Shown here piece after piece: positions 1 to 13,954 of a DNA stretch of 64,000 bases (its first letter is position 1; each line of letters begins with the position of its first letter). Source of the stretch: Amphiscolops sp. MND2022 (lineage: Eukaryota); NCBI GenBank assembly GCA_964187785.1, contig OZ076421.1, positions 35,898,001 to 35,962,000 of the forward strand, written 5' to 3'. The translations under genes and the position numbers were made by a program. Under the pieces are notes generated by a model that was not told where the DNA came from, did not search any database, and saw only the letters and a list, made by a program, of their open reading frames with translations.

Positions 1-82
1 GCAGAACAACGTTACAACAATGGCAGAATTATGTTTCAACGGCAAACAATGTTAGTCAAACTAGAATAACTTATTGCGAACA
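1..82 (-). repeat. 3' LTR of BEL/Pao element 1 (partial)
   Basis: Nearly identical to 14600-14681. Starts TG directly after GACCAAGAACGGGCCTCGGGA on the minus strand. Confidence 0.85.
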
Positions 83-84
83 TC

Positions 85-3000
85 CCGAGGCCCGTTCTTG
101 GTCAAAAGAACCACACAAAGGCAGAGGGAGACTAAAGGACGAACAAAAGAGCCTTTTGAAGTTTTTACAACAGCGGATCGAGTAACGCCGTCATCACCGA
201 TGTTCAATTTTTCCACTCAGGCAAGAGGGTAATGACCTTTGGGACTACCGTTATCTACAATCCAAACAAGGGCCGACACAAACGTTACAATTGGAGTCCG
301 AAAACCACTTTTGACGTCGCTGCAACTGTGGAACGTATTCTTGTAACCATCGTTTCCAAATCCAACTCACATGCGACCGGGATTGACGAAAAACACGACG
401 ATGATTTTAATCATCCGGTTGGACTACGCCTACAGGTAAAGCAACTGAAGCTTGACCTAGCAGAAAAAGGTTTGGCGTTAGAGCCTCAAAATCATCAGTG
501 TCACTATTAGCACAAGTAAGAGGACGGGCGTTCGAAACTTGCTCAACAAGGCACATGGTTGTGCTCAAAGTTTCCTCGGTCAACCGACGGGACGAGAGAA
601 TGGCAAACATCGCTTTCTTGCAAGAGCGCACATGTCGCTCCCATGCAACTCCAAAGTGAGGAGAGGAGGGGGATTAAATTTCCATTGGCAAGATCGCTCA
701 GTCAAATAAGATTCGATTACGTCAGTTTCGGAAAGCATTTTGACGAAAGACTTGATCTCGTTAGAAGCCCCAACAAAATTTGTACCATTATCAGAATAGA
801 AGGTGGATGGTAATCCACGGCGCGCCACAAAACGTTGAATCGCTAGGTGACAAGAGTCAGTAGAAAGATTATGGCAAACTTCAAAATGGACGGCTCTAAC
901 AGTTAGGCATGTAAACAGGCAACACCAGCGCTTGTGAGAAGATCTAGCAATTTTTACCTCGAAAGGCCCGAAAAAATCAATTCCAGTAAAAGCGAAGGGA
1001 GCACTGCCGAACCCAAGTCTTTCTGAAGGTAAATTGGAGCGGATATCATTGGAGCACGTTTTGTGCAAAAGACACATTTCAAACGAATTCGACGGAGTTC
1101 ACTACGAAGACCGAGAACCCAGAACAACTGTTGTACAATAGAGCGAAGATATTCCACGCCGTCGTGAGCATTTGAGATATGTACATCATTGAGAAACAGT
1201 TTTACAACCACATGCTTGCTGGACAGAATGACTGGATGTTTTTGCTCGAACGAAAGACAAGACGCTTTTCGCAAGCGACCACGAGCACGTATCAAATCAT
1301 TATTCAGAAATGGGACAAGAAGTGCCAGTTGAGAGTTACGAGGAACATTATCAGAGGAGAGAGACAAAACTTCTTTTGGGAAAGACTCGAGCTCAACTTG
1401 AGACCAAATACATTTTTCAGCTCTCGCGAGATCATCCACAGTTAGAACAGGGGTTGAAGATTTATCACTTTTGTGCTGTGCAGGGCGAATTTTGAGAACG
1501 AAAGCAACGATTCGTTTTAATTTGCGAAATGAAGAGACTTTTCGGAACAAATCGCCGAGAACAAGTTTAGGCAAAGACTTTTCGGAACACACTGGAGAAC
1601 TGGCAACACTGTCAACAAATTGATACTTTTCAGGCCACTTTGACTAATGAAGTTTTATAAAAAAAAGGACCCCGTAACCAGTCAGTGTTTTCAAGGTAAG
1701 ACATTTTGATACCTCTGGTACCAATATCAGCCGGATTAACATGATCAGGAACGAAATCCATCGTTCAACATTGCTACAGTCTATGATTTCTGCCACACGA
1801 TTAGCAACAAAAACAGGGAGCCGTTTGTCAGACGACGAAATCCATTGAAGAGCAGTGGAGCTGCCGCTCCAAAAGAAACAGTTTTGGACACTGAAAGGAA
1901 GAAAGGACTGTATAGATATTGACAATCGCAAGCCAATCACTGCGGCTTGAATTTCAAGTTTGGGAATAGTACTTGCTCGTATAGGAGCAACCCTACATTT
2001 GGCAACGAGAAACGCAACAATTACAGTTTCACACTGAACTGAACGAAGATAAGCAACAGCGCACATTGCTGATTGGGAGGCGTCTACAAAGACATGAAGT
2101 TCATGAGAACAGTCTACAAAGCTTTCATTCAAAATTGATCGCTGTATTTTGAACGTTGAGACAAGAGGCAACTCAGAATTCCAATCCCTGAACAAGCACT
2201 TATTTTTAGCAGGGACAGGCTTGTCCCAAGTTTGCCCGAAAAACTGCCAAAGTTCTTTCAAAATCAAACGACCTCTGATAGTGAAAGTCGAGACAAACCC
2301 TAAAGTGTCGAACACAGACGAAAAAACCGAATTTTACGCTGGGTTATATTTCGGAACCGATTGCAGAAATTCGTCAACATAAAAAGAAGTGAAAACCGCT
2401 TTCGAAGCAACTGGAAAGCTTCTGACATTATCACGAGCTGTCTGTTGAACAACAAAGTTTGCACAATTTGGAGATGTCTTTGCTCCAAAAATGTGCCTGG
2501 TGTATTGAAATGTTTCAATTTCAGACGACGGACCCTCCAGTCACAAAAACCTGAGGAAGCGTTGTTCATATTCTGGGACCTCAACTTGCATGAACATTGC
2601 CTCAATGTCAGCAAAGAGACCAATTTTGAACAACCGAAAACGAAATAGAAGCCCTATCAAGTCGGAAAGCAGATCGGGACCAGGAACAAGGACTTCATTC
2701 AAAGATTTTCCAGCGAAACGTGCTGCAGCATTGCAGACACGACGAAATTCACTAGGTTTGTTGGGATTCACAACGGGGTGATGCGGCAAATACCATTGAG
2801 GCAAGCTATGAGTTGTCTGTACTTCGGTGAACGGAACCTTACGCACATAGCCATTTGCAATGTCATCCTCAATAGATTTGACATAACCAACTTGCAATTC
2901 AGGGTTCTTGCAAAGACGACGTTCAAGAGATAAAAGCTGACTTTTTGCCAAAGAAAATTGTTAGCCAACAGTTTTACATCAGGATCCCACAATAAGCCAA

Positions 3001-3962
3001 CGCAATAGCGTTTTCCAGTAAAGACACAAGTTTTTTTCTAAACATTCGAGAGCTTTCTTATCACTCTTCGAACGAAGATCAACGCTCACAGTTGATGCAT
3101 AAGAGTCGAGGGCCCACCACTTGGAAACTTGTGTTGCTAAATGAAGAACAACTGACTCATCAACGGAAGCACCCGAAGATGCGAAACAACCGCTAGTTTT
3201 TAGAGACTTGCAATTAGGAAGCGGTCCACTCAAGACCCAACCGATTGGAAGTTTGACTGCCCAAGGCAAATGATTATCAGAAGTTTGATATCCAATCGGG
3301 CAAATGGCTGAATAAACATCTTGTACAAGAATGACGCCAATTTTCGAGTAGTCAATAACATCAGCTTTGATAACTTTCGGAAGTGGACATCATGACTTCA
3401 CACTTTTCAAATCAACTTTTTCATCTCCAAGTGACAAACCAGCTCTACCTAAAGCGGAAAATTTCAGAGGGATGAAAGACTTGTCTTCCAAGGAGAAAAG
3501 TTCAAGATTGACACACGATGTGTCACCTTCCAAGGATCCTGTGACCCCACGTACACAAACAGTTTCGCTAGATCCAACTAGACCTAAACAAGACTTTACA
3601 TCTTCGGAAACCCACGAATGGGTGCTACCGGTATCGCATAGAGCCCAAGCTTTGGTGTTCGAACAGCCACTCTTCAATCCTATCTCAATAACCTGCAAAG
3701 CCCCTTTGCGGGCACGAGATACTGTGCAAGATGTAACACCATTCTCATTCTTGGACCCGGAGACCACAGACGAAGAGGAATCATTATGCAACAAACTGTT
3801 ATGTGATTTCCCACAACTACTTTTTGGATAAGCAATCTCGCGCCAAGTGACCAGACTGAAGGCAAGTGAAACAAAGTTGTTTTTCGCAAACCAAGGCGGA
3901 CCTCTGTTTGACGGACTTAGACAAAAACACTGAACATTTCCAGATTCTGTGACTTTCGTCAC
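85..3962 (-). pseudogene. pol: BEL/Pao pol, copy A, including the IN C-terminal (DUF5641-like) tail; 236-bp deletion in RT
   Basis: Same motifs as copy B. Tail 85-330 reads EYVPQLQRRQKWF...LVWIVDNGSPKGHYPLA*VEKLNIGDDGVTRSAVVKT with a frameshift. Private TGG>TGA at ~2541. Confidence 0.93.
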
Positions 3963-6015
3963 ACAGAGTACATTGATCTTTCCTCACAGACGACACTTTA
4001 CTGCTCGAATTTTTGACAACATTGGAAGCGAGCACTTGATGCCTACGCAATTTGTCATTTTTTTCCGATTGGGCAGCATTAGAGGTATTACACATCAGAA
4101 ACCGTTCATGCACTGCGGCTTTCTGCTGCAGCCAATCACGAAAAATAATCAAGTTGACAACCGAATGACGCTCAATAAATCCAAACCAAGATTCACGAAA
4201 ATTAACTAGCAGCTTGGATACAACTGAAGACAAATTGCTGGAAGACTGCAAATCACTGAAAAATTTCTCAGCTGACAATATCGAACCAAAACTGTTCACA
4301 ACTTGAGAAAATTCAATTATTGATGCAGAATTGTGCATTTTCACTTGAGGCTGTTTACTGAGTTTTTCAATTTGTGCCCCGACAATGATATGTGGAGCTC
4401 CGAACCTTTTCTGAAGTGAAGCAAAGGCTTGATCGAAGTGAACGCCCAAGTACCCAAACCCATCAATAGTTGCCTTCGCTTTTCCAGAAGTGAAAAGTTT
4501 CAAATATCTCATGCGATGATCTAATGAAACTGAAGGCTTACAACAAGTGGACGCAAACATTCCTTTCCACTCAGGCCATTTGAGTGGAGCTCCGCTGAAG
4601 ACATCAAGCTCGAACTTTGGAAGAGACTCATGAGCAATTTGACTTTCCAAAAAACTTTGCAGAATGTTCGGAGCAAAATTCGATGAGCTAGGAACAAGAT
4701 AGACAGGAGGTTGCGTAGCAGAGTTAGACACAAAAAGAATTTGAAGATTTGGTTGCTGAGCTAGCCTTCCCCTGTTATTTTTCACTGTGCAGGCTTGAGC
4801 AACCTTGCTAATATTTACATTCGGCTGAACACCGACAGAGGGTTGAGAATTCAAAAGAGAGAAGTTAGAAAAGCTCATTCCACTTATCGGGTGAAGAACG
4901 TTTCCAGTAGAAGCAGTCGGAGCCCTCGAAGGGCCATAAGAAGGCAAAGCTGCTTTGCCATGTGAAACAACTGCTGTAGGCAAAGACCTTAATTGGCTCG
5001 AAGGCAGCACATAAGTACTTTGAAGACTTTTATCAATGTTCGAATGCAAAGTACTGGCAAGAGTCGACTGAAGTTCATTCAAACCAGAAGCTTTGTTGTT
5101 CGAGGGGACTGCTCTATTACCGAGAGTCAAAGCACCAAATGTGCCATCGGCCACACCAGTAGAACCGATCGGCCACTTCGAAAGCGTTAACAGCAACAAA
5201 AGGCAAGCTAGGTCCAACTGAACTATTCACAAACTAAGACTGAGAAGTGACAATATCAACATCGTGCGGCGGTTTCTCGTTCAAATGAGACGTTTGGTGA
5301 AGTGGTTCTTCAACAAGATTTGACTTGGGTTGCAAACGACTAGGCCCAGAGTCAACAGTAGTACTAGGTGGCAAGGAATTGACCCACTCTGAAGTCTTAG
5401 TTCGAACAATATCCTCAACATTACAATCTGGTTCACTAGAGTTCGATTCTATTTCATCCAATTGACACTCGTCTCGATACTTCTGGAGTTGTTGACGCTT
5501 ATATTCTTCTATCTCTAAGTGCTCAACACTAACTTCAGCCTCAAGGATAGCCTTGCGGGCATCAGCTTGGCGCTCTAACTCCTCTTCTTGAAGCTTCAAC
5601 AACATCACATCTTAGAACGTTTGGACAACGTTGACGACTTTTTAGACGACCTACCAGAAGACTGACTAGTGAGTGCTTTATCAACAAGATATTCACGGGC
5701 AGAATCTAAGACAAATCGACAATGATCATTGACTTTGTTAGATCGAGCAGATGCTTCACTAACCACAGCCTCGACATTCGAAGACATCAAAATTTCATTC
5801 ATCCCACTAATTTTTGACTTCAGATCAACACAATCATTGACAAGTCTCGAAACTTTTCTTCGCCTTGCTTGATTTTTCAGAAGTTCCTCCAGTTGCTCAA
5901 GGCGTTCGTACAATTGACCAACAATCTTTTCGCGACCTGCAACATTTTTTTCCATCAGCGAGATTTGCAAAGACATAGGATACTCAAGTGTCCTAATCCA
6001 AACCCAAACAAACAC
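3817..6015 (-). pseudogene. gag: BEL/Pao gag, copy A
   Basis: Near-identical to copy B, offset 6489 bp, same ORF breaks. Confidence 0.9.
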
Positions 6016-6580
6016 GAATAGTTACAATGTAAATAAAGAGAAGAGAACGAATGAAAAAAAACAACACTTGACAGAACCAAGTTTTGAGCTTGCATGTAAG
6101 CTCCAACTGAGTACTTCGTTTTTTCTTTTGAATCAGGAGTCAAAAGGGTAGTAGTGAAGCTTTCAAGTGCAAAGAGGGAAAGTTCGAACAAACGGAAAAC
6201 AAAATTGAATGCAGTGGAGAAACGAAAAACAGCGACACAAAACGACATGAAACGACTTGCCAAAGGTTTACTGTCTATGGATTTAAGTTACGTTTTTTTT
6301 GTGAAAAGAAAGGAACAAATAGCCTCAGCTAACAGGACCAACAAAAAAAGACAAAGACAGCTGCTCCTGAAATTTTTCCCTCCCTTGATTGTTTGAATAG
6401 CTTTGGGCTAAACAGCCAATATATAGTTTTTTGACATAGACTCAGTCGACAGATCGGCTTATGCTTCGGGCTGCAGTGCAGACCGACGACTTGCCCAGGG
6501 ATCCACCTGAGCCTGACCTTTCGCTCAGCGCAGTTGAAGGCTGACGCTCAGTGTCCTTTGTATATGGAGTCATCAAAATA

Positions 6581-9500
6581 TGTGGAACGTATTCTTGTAA
6601 CCATCGTTTCCAAATCCAACTCACATGCGACCGGGATTGACGAAAAACACGACGATGATTTTAATCATCCGGTTGGACTACGCCTACAGGTAAAGCAACT
6701 GAAGCTTGACCTAGCAGAAAAAGGTTTGGCGTTAGAGCCTCAAAATCATCAGTGTCACTATTAGCACAAGTAAGAGGACGGGCGTTCGAAACTTGCTCAA
6801 CAAGGCACATGGTTGTGCTCAAAGTTTCCTCGGTCAACCGACGGGACGAGAGAATGGCAAACATCGCTTTCTTGCAAGAGCGCACATGTCGCTCCCATGC
6901 AACTCCAAAGTGAGGAGAGGAGGGGGATTAAATTTCCATTGGCAAGATCGCTCAGTCAAATAAGATTCGATTACGTCAGTTTCGGAAAGCATTTTGACGA
7001 AAGACTTGATCTCGTTAGAAGCCCCAACAAAATTGGTACCATTATCAGAAAAGAAGGTGGATGGTAATCCACGGCGCGCCACAAAACGTTGAATCGCTAG
7101 GTGACAAGAGTCAGTAGAAAGATTATGGCAAACTTCAAAATGGACGGCTCTAACAGTTAGGCATGTAAACAGGCAACACCAGCGCTTGTGAGGAGATCTA
7201 GCAATTTTTACCTCGAAAGGCCCGAAAAAATCAATTCCAGTAAAAGCGAAGGGAGCACTGCCGAACCCAAGTCTTTCTGGAGGTAAATTGGAGCGGATAT
7301 CGTTGGAGCACGTTTTGTGCAAAAGACTTATTTCAAACGAATTCGACGGAGTTCACTACGAAGACCGAGAACCCAGAACAACTGTTGTACAATAGAGCGA
7401 AGATATTCCACGCCGTCGTGAGCATTTGAGATATGTACATCATTGAGAAACAGTTTTACAACCACATGCTTGCTGGACAGAATGACTGGATGTTTTTGCT
7501 CGAACGAAAGACAAGACGCTTTTCGCAAGCGACCACGAGCACGTATCAAATCATTATTCAGAAATGGGACAAGAAGTGCCAGTTGAGAGTTACTAGGAAC
7601 ATTATCAGAGAAGAGAGACAAAACTTCTTTTGGGAAAGACTCGAGCTCAACTTGAGACCAAATACATTTTTCAGCTCTCGCGAGATCATCCACAGTTAGA
7701 ACAGGGGTTGAAGATTTATCACTTTTGTGCTGTGCAGGGCGAATTTTGAGAACGAAAGCAACGATTCGTTTTAATTTGCGAAATGAAGAGACTTTTCGGA
7801 ACAAATCGCCGAGAACAAGTTTAGGCAAAGACTTTTCGGAACACACTGGAGAACTGGCAACACTGTCAACAAATTGATACTTTTCAGGCCACTTTGACTA
7901 ATGAAGTTTTATAAAAAAAGGACCCCGTAACCAGTCAGTGTTTTCAAGGTAAGACATTTTGATACCTCTGGTACCAATATCAGTCGGATTAACATGATCA
8001 GGAACGAAATCCATCGTTCAACATTGCTACAGTCTATGATTTCTGCCACACGATTAGCAACAAAAACAGGGAGCCGTTTGTCAGACGACGAAATCCATTG
8101 AAGAGCAGTGGAGCTGCCGCTCCAAAAGAAACAGTTTTGGACACTGAAAGGAAGAAAGGACTGTATAGACATTGACAATCGCAAGCCAATCACTGCGGCT
8201 TGAATTTCAAGTTTGGGAATAGTACTTGCTCGTATAGGAGCAACCCTACATTTGGCAACGAGAAACGCAACAATTACAGTTTCACACTGAACTGAACGAA
8301 GATAAGCAACAGCGCACATTGCTGATTGGGAGGTGTCTACAAAGACATGAAGTTCATGAGAACAGTCTACAAAGCTTTCATTCAAAATTGATCGCTGTAT
8401 TTTGAACGTTGAGACAAGAGGCAACTCAGAATTCCAATCACTGAACAAGCACTTATTTTTAGCAGGGACAGGCTTGTCCCAAGTTTGCCCGAAAAACTGC
8501 CAAAGTTCTTTCAAAATCAAACGACCTCTGATAGTGAAAGTCGAGACAAACCCTAAAGTGTCGAACACAGACGAAAAAACCGAATTTTACGCTGGGTTAT
8601 ATTTCGGGGCAAAGAATTCGAGACACCGCAGCAAACATACAAATTATCGTTTTTCAGATCCCATTGAATTCCCAGAATTGTAGTGACTTCCATTTCACTG
8701 AAGGGTTCAGCAAACGTCACGTCTTTTTCCAATGACTTGTAGACTTTCAAACTGTTAGTGACGAACTTAGTCAAATTGAAGCCACCATAAGCCAACATTT
8801 TCAACATTTGACTAGCTAGAAGGACTGCATCACTTTCACACGGAACCGATTGCAGAAATTCGTCAACATAAAAAGAAGTGAAAACCGCTTTCGAAGCAAC
8901 TGGAAAGCTTCTGACATTATCACGAGCTGTCTGTTGAACAACAAAGTTTGCACAATTTGGAGATGTCTTTGCTCCGAAAATGTGCCTGGTGTATTGAAAT
9001 GTTTCAAGTTCAGACGACGGACCCTCCAGCCACAAAAACCTGAGGAAGCGTTGTTCATATTCTGTGACCTCAACGTGCATGAACATTGCCTCAATGTCAG
9101 CAGAGAGACCAATTTTGAACAACCGAAAACGAAATAGAAGCCCTATCAAGTCGGAAAGCAGATCGGGACCAGGAACAAGGACTTCATTCAAAGATTTTCC
9201 AGCGAAACGTGCTGCAGCATTGCAGACACGACGAATTTCACTAGGTTTGTTGGGATTCACAACGGGGTGATGCGGCAAATACCATTGAGGCAAGCTATGA
9301 GTTGTCTGTACTTCGGTGAACGGAACCTTACGCACATAGCCATTTGCAATGTCATCCTCAATAGATTTGACATAACCAACTTGCAATTCAGGGTTCTTGC
9401 AAAGACGACGTTCAAGAGATAAAAGCTGACTTTTTGCCAAAGAAAATTGTTAGCCAACAGTTTTACATCAGGATCCCACAATAAGCCAACGCAATAGCGT

Positions 9501-10451
9501 TTTCCAGTAAAGACACACGTTTTTTTCTAAACATTCGAGAGCTTTCTTATCACTCTTCGAACGAAGATCAACGCTCACAGTTGATGCATAAGAGTCGAGG
9601 GCCCACCACTTAGAAACTTGTGTTGCTAAATGAAGAACAACTGACTCATCAACGGAAGCACCCGAAGATGCGAAACAACCGCTAGTTTTTAGAGACTTGC
9701 AATTGGGAAGCGGTCCACTCAAGACCCAACCGATTGGAAGTTTGACTGCCCAAGGCAAATGATTATCAGAAGTTTGATATCCAATCGGGCAAATGGCTGA
9801 ATAAACATCTTGTACAAGAATGACGCCAATTTTCGAGTAGTCAATAACATCAGCTTTGATAACTTTCGGAAGTGGACATCATGACTTCACACTTTTCAAA
9901 TCAACTTTTTCATCTCCAAGTGACAAACCAGCTCTACCTAAAGCGGAAAATTTCAGAGGGATGAAAGACTTGTCTTCCAAGGAGAAAAGTTCAAGATTGA
10001 CACACGATGTGTCACCTTCCAAGGATCCTGTGACCCCACGTACACAAACAGTTTCGCTAGATCCAACTAGACCTAAACAAGACTTTACATCTTCGGAAAC
10101 CCACGAATGGGTGCTACCGGTATCGCATAGAGCCCAAGCTTTGGTGTTCGAACAGCCACTCTTCAATCCTATCTCAATAACCTGCAAAGCCCCTTTGCGG
10201 GCACGAGATACTGTGCAAGATGTAACACCATTCTCATTCTTGGACCCGGAGACCACAGACGAAGAGGAATCATTATGCAACAAACTGTTATGTGATTTCC
10301 CACAACTACTTTTTGGATAAGCAATCTCGCGCCAAGTGACCAGACTGAAGGCAAGTGAAACAAAGTTGTTTTTCGCAAACCAAGGCGGACCTCTGTTTGA
10401 CGGACTTAGACAAAAACACTGAACATTTCCAGATTCTGTGACTTTCGTCAC
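6581..10451 (-). pseudogene. pol: BEL/Pao pol, copy B (PR, RT, RNase H, IN; broken into several ORFs, 3' truncated)
   Basis: ALCDTGSTHSWV (protease); WYLPHHPVVNPNKP, ADIEAMF, HIFGAKTSP, FYVDEF (RT); ELHVFVDTSQSAMCAVAYLR (RNase H); GIDFFGPF, LFTCLTVRAVHFEV, SDNGTNFVGA (IN). Confidence 0.95.
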
Positions 10452-12504
10452 ACAGAGTACATTGATCTTTCCTCACAGACGACACTTTACTGCTCGAATT
10501 TTTGACAACATTGGAAGCGAGCACTTGATGCCTACGCAATTTGTCATTTTTTTCCGATTGGGCAGCATTAGAGGTATTACACATCAGAAACCGTTCATGC
10601 ACTGCGGCTTTCTGCTGCAGCCAATCACGAAAAATAATCAAGTTGACAACCGAATGACGCTCAATAAATCCAAACCAAGATTCACGAAAATTAACTAGCA
10701 GCTTGGATACAACTGAAGACAAATTGCTGGAAGACTGCAAATCACTGAAAAATTTCTCAGCTGACAATATCGAACCAAAACTGTTCACAACTTGAGAAAA
10801 TTCAATTATTGATGCAGAATTGTGCATTTTCACTTGAGGCTGTTTACTGAGTTTTTCAATTTGTGCCCCGACAATGATATGTGGAGCTCCGAACCTTTTC
10901 TGAAGTGAAGCAAAGGCTTGATCGAAGTGAACGCCCAAGTACCCAAACCCATCAATAGTTGCCTTCGCTTTTCCAGAAGTGAAAAGTTTCAAATATCTCA
11001 TGCGATGATCTAATGAAACTGAAGGCTTACAACAAGTGGACGCAAACATTCCTTTCCACTCAGGCCATTTGAGTGGAGCTCCGCTGAAGACATCAAGCTC
11101 GAACTTTGGAAGAGACTCATGAGCAATTTGACTTTCCAAAAAACTTTGCAGAATGTTCGGAGCAAATTTGGATGAGCTAAGAACAAGATAGACAGGAGGT
11201 TGTGTAGCAGAGTTAGACACAAAAAGAATTTGAAGATTTGGTTGCTGAGCTAGCCTTCGCCTGTTATTTTTCACTGTGCAGGCTTGAGCAACCTTGCTAA
11301 TATTTACATTCGGCTGAGCACCGACAGAGGGTTGAGAATTCAAAAGAGAGAAGTTAGAAAAGCTCATTCCACTTATCGGGTGAAGAACGTTTCCAGTAGA
11401 AGCAGTCGGAGCCCTCGAAGGGCCATAAGAAGGCAAAGCTGCTTTGCCATGTGAAACAACTGCTGTAGGCAAAGACCTTAATTGGCTCGAAGGCAGCACA
11501 TAAGTACTTTGAAGACTTTTATCAATGTTCGAATGCAAAGTACTGGCAAGAGTCGACTGAAGTTCATTCAAACCAGAAGCTTTGTTGTTCGAGGGGACTG
11601 CTCTATTACCGAGAGTCAAAGCACCAAATGTGCCATCGGCCACACCAGTAGAACCGATCGGCCACTTCGAAAGCGTTAACAGCAACAAAAGGCAAGCTAG
11701 GTCCAACTGAACTATTCACAAACGAAGACTGAGAAGTGACAATATCAACATCGTGCGGCGGTTTCTCGTTCAAATGAGACGTTTGGTGAAGTGGTTCTTC
11801 AACAAGATTTGACTTGGGTTGCAAACGACTAGGCCCAGAGTCAACAGTAGTACTAGGTGGCAAGGAATTGACCCACTCTGAAGTCTTAGTTCGAACAATA
11901 TCCTCAACATTACAATCTGGTTCACTAGAGTTCGATTCTATTTCATCCAATTGACACTCGTCTCGATACTTCTGGAGTTGTTGACGCTTATATTCTTCTA
12001 TCTCTAAGTGCTCAACACTAACTTCAGCCTCAAGGATAGCCTTGCGGGCATCAGCTTGGCGCTCTAACTCCTCTTCTTGAAGCTTCAACAACATCACATC
12101 TTAGAACGTTTGGACAACGTTGACGACTTTTTAGACGACCTACCAGAAGACTGACTAGTGAGTGCTTTATCAACAAGATATTCACGGGCAGAATCTAAGA
12201 CAAATCGACAATGATCATTGACTTTGTTAGATCGAGCAGATGCTTCACTAACCACAGCCTCGACATTCGAAGACATCAAAATTTCATTCATCTCACTAAT
12301 TTTTGACTTCAGATCAACACAATCATCGACAAGTCTCGAAACTTTTCTTCGCCTTGCTTGATTTTTCAGAAGTTCCTCCAGTTGCTCAAGGCGTTCGTAC
12401 AATTGACCAACAATCTTTTCGCGACCTGCAACATTTTTTTCCATCAGCGAGATTTGCAAAGACATAGGATACTCAAGTGTCCTAATCCAAACCCAAACAA
12501 ACAC
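10306..12504 (-). pseudogene. gag: BEL/Pao gag, copy B (frameshifted; DUF1759-like region and zinc knuckles)
   Basis: ORFs 12094-12504, 11606-12097, 10306-11706. LPKFELDVFSGAPLKWPEW motif; CTLCDESHRIWKC and CFTCLQSGHLARDC knuckles. Confidence 0.9.
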
Positions 12505-13935
12505 GAATAGTTACAATGTAAATAAAGAGAAGAGAACGAATGAAAAAAAACAACACCTGACAGAACCAAGTTTTGAGCTTGCATGTAAGCTCCAACTGAG
12601 TACTTCGTTTTTTCTTTTGAATCAGGAGTCAAAAGGGTAGTAGTGAAGCTTTCAAGTGCAAAGAGGGAAAGTTCGAACAAACGGAAAACAAAATTGAATG
12701 CAGTGGAGAAACGAAAAACAGCGACACAAAACGACATGAAACGACTTGCCAAAGGTTTACTGTCTATGGATTTAAGTTACGTTTTTTTGTGAAAAGAAAG
12801 GAACAAATAGCCTCAGCTAACATGACCAACAAAAAAAGACAAAGACAGCTGCTCCTGAAATTTTTCCCTCCCTTGATTGTTTGAATAGCTTTGGGCTAAA
12901 CAGCCAATATATAGTTTTTTGACATAGACTCAGTCGACAGATCGGCTTATGCTTCGGGCTGCAGTGCAGACCGACGACTTGCCCAGGGATCCACCTGAGC
13001 CTGACCTTTCGCTCAGCGCAGTTGAAGGCTGACGCTCAGTGTCCTTTGTATATGGAGTCATCAAAATATCGAAGTCAAACCCAAGCTTCAGGAGCAACTA
13101 GTCTACAAGACACGCAAAAGAAACCCAAAAAAGGCAAAAAAATCAAACGTTTTCCAACAAATAAGTTTCAAAGTACCTCTCTAGTCAAAAACGGCTTTTC
13201 AACAAGCATTGTCGGGGTCGAGAAAGAGACAAAAAGTGAAAGAGGGTCTAGGGGGAGTAGCATAAACAAAGTGCGATAAGATACCGCCGATAGGCGGCGT
13301 AATAAATGAAACAAAGCATCAAACGAAACAAAAACTACCACAAAAAACTGTCATAGGGGCAAAACTGCAAAATATAGGCTCGAAAGATTGCAAGCAAAAG
13401 TTTTGTGGAAAAATTGAAGGAGCTGGACAATTTTTTAAAGGCACCAAACTCAAACGTCGATAGAGTTTGAAAAAAAAACATTAGACAAAAGTTAGCACAC
13501 AGCAAAAAAATTCAAAAATATCAATCTGCACAAGCCGCCGTAGGCGTTGCTACACTTTTTGACAAAACGGATTCCATTTTTGGCAAAGAAAACGCTCTAA
13601 CAATGTGTTTTGTTGTAAAACAAGTCACACTACACAGTTTCAGTTTTAACTTAGTTTGTGAATAATCAAACTTCTAAACTCTCGGGAAAACACTGCCGAC
13701 GACAAAGAAGAACCCAGTTCGTCCACTGTCCGCAGGAATCCAAAAACCAAAAGCGATAACTGCTGCAGAGACCTCACTGCATCTGTTGCACAAACCAGAA
13801 GATCGAAAAGACCACTGCACTGTCGAACATCAAGTTGCCATCCATGTGCCAGACCGAAAACCACTGAGAGTAGACCAGCATCACGTCGGCACACACTGAG
13901 AGCAGAGCAACATCAGCCAAGTTGTGGGGGGTGAA

Positions 13936-13951
13936 CAGAGTAGGCGGACCA
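13936..13951 (-). promoter_or_regulatory. Primer binding site of element 1 (degenerate, tRNA-Tyr-like)
   Basis: Minus strand TGGTCCGCCTACTCTG; shares TGGTCCGCC with the PBS of element 2. Confidence 0.6.
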
Positions 13952-13954
13952 TAA

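Noticed and set aside
6400-6600. Shared central LTR between two tandem retrotransposons
   Set aside because: No similarity to 1-82 or 14014-14681; the junction is leader fused directly to integrase.
232-13279. Plus-strand ORFs within element 1
   Set aside because: Antisense shadows of gag-pol with no motifs of their own.
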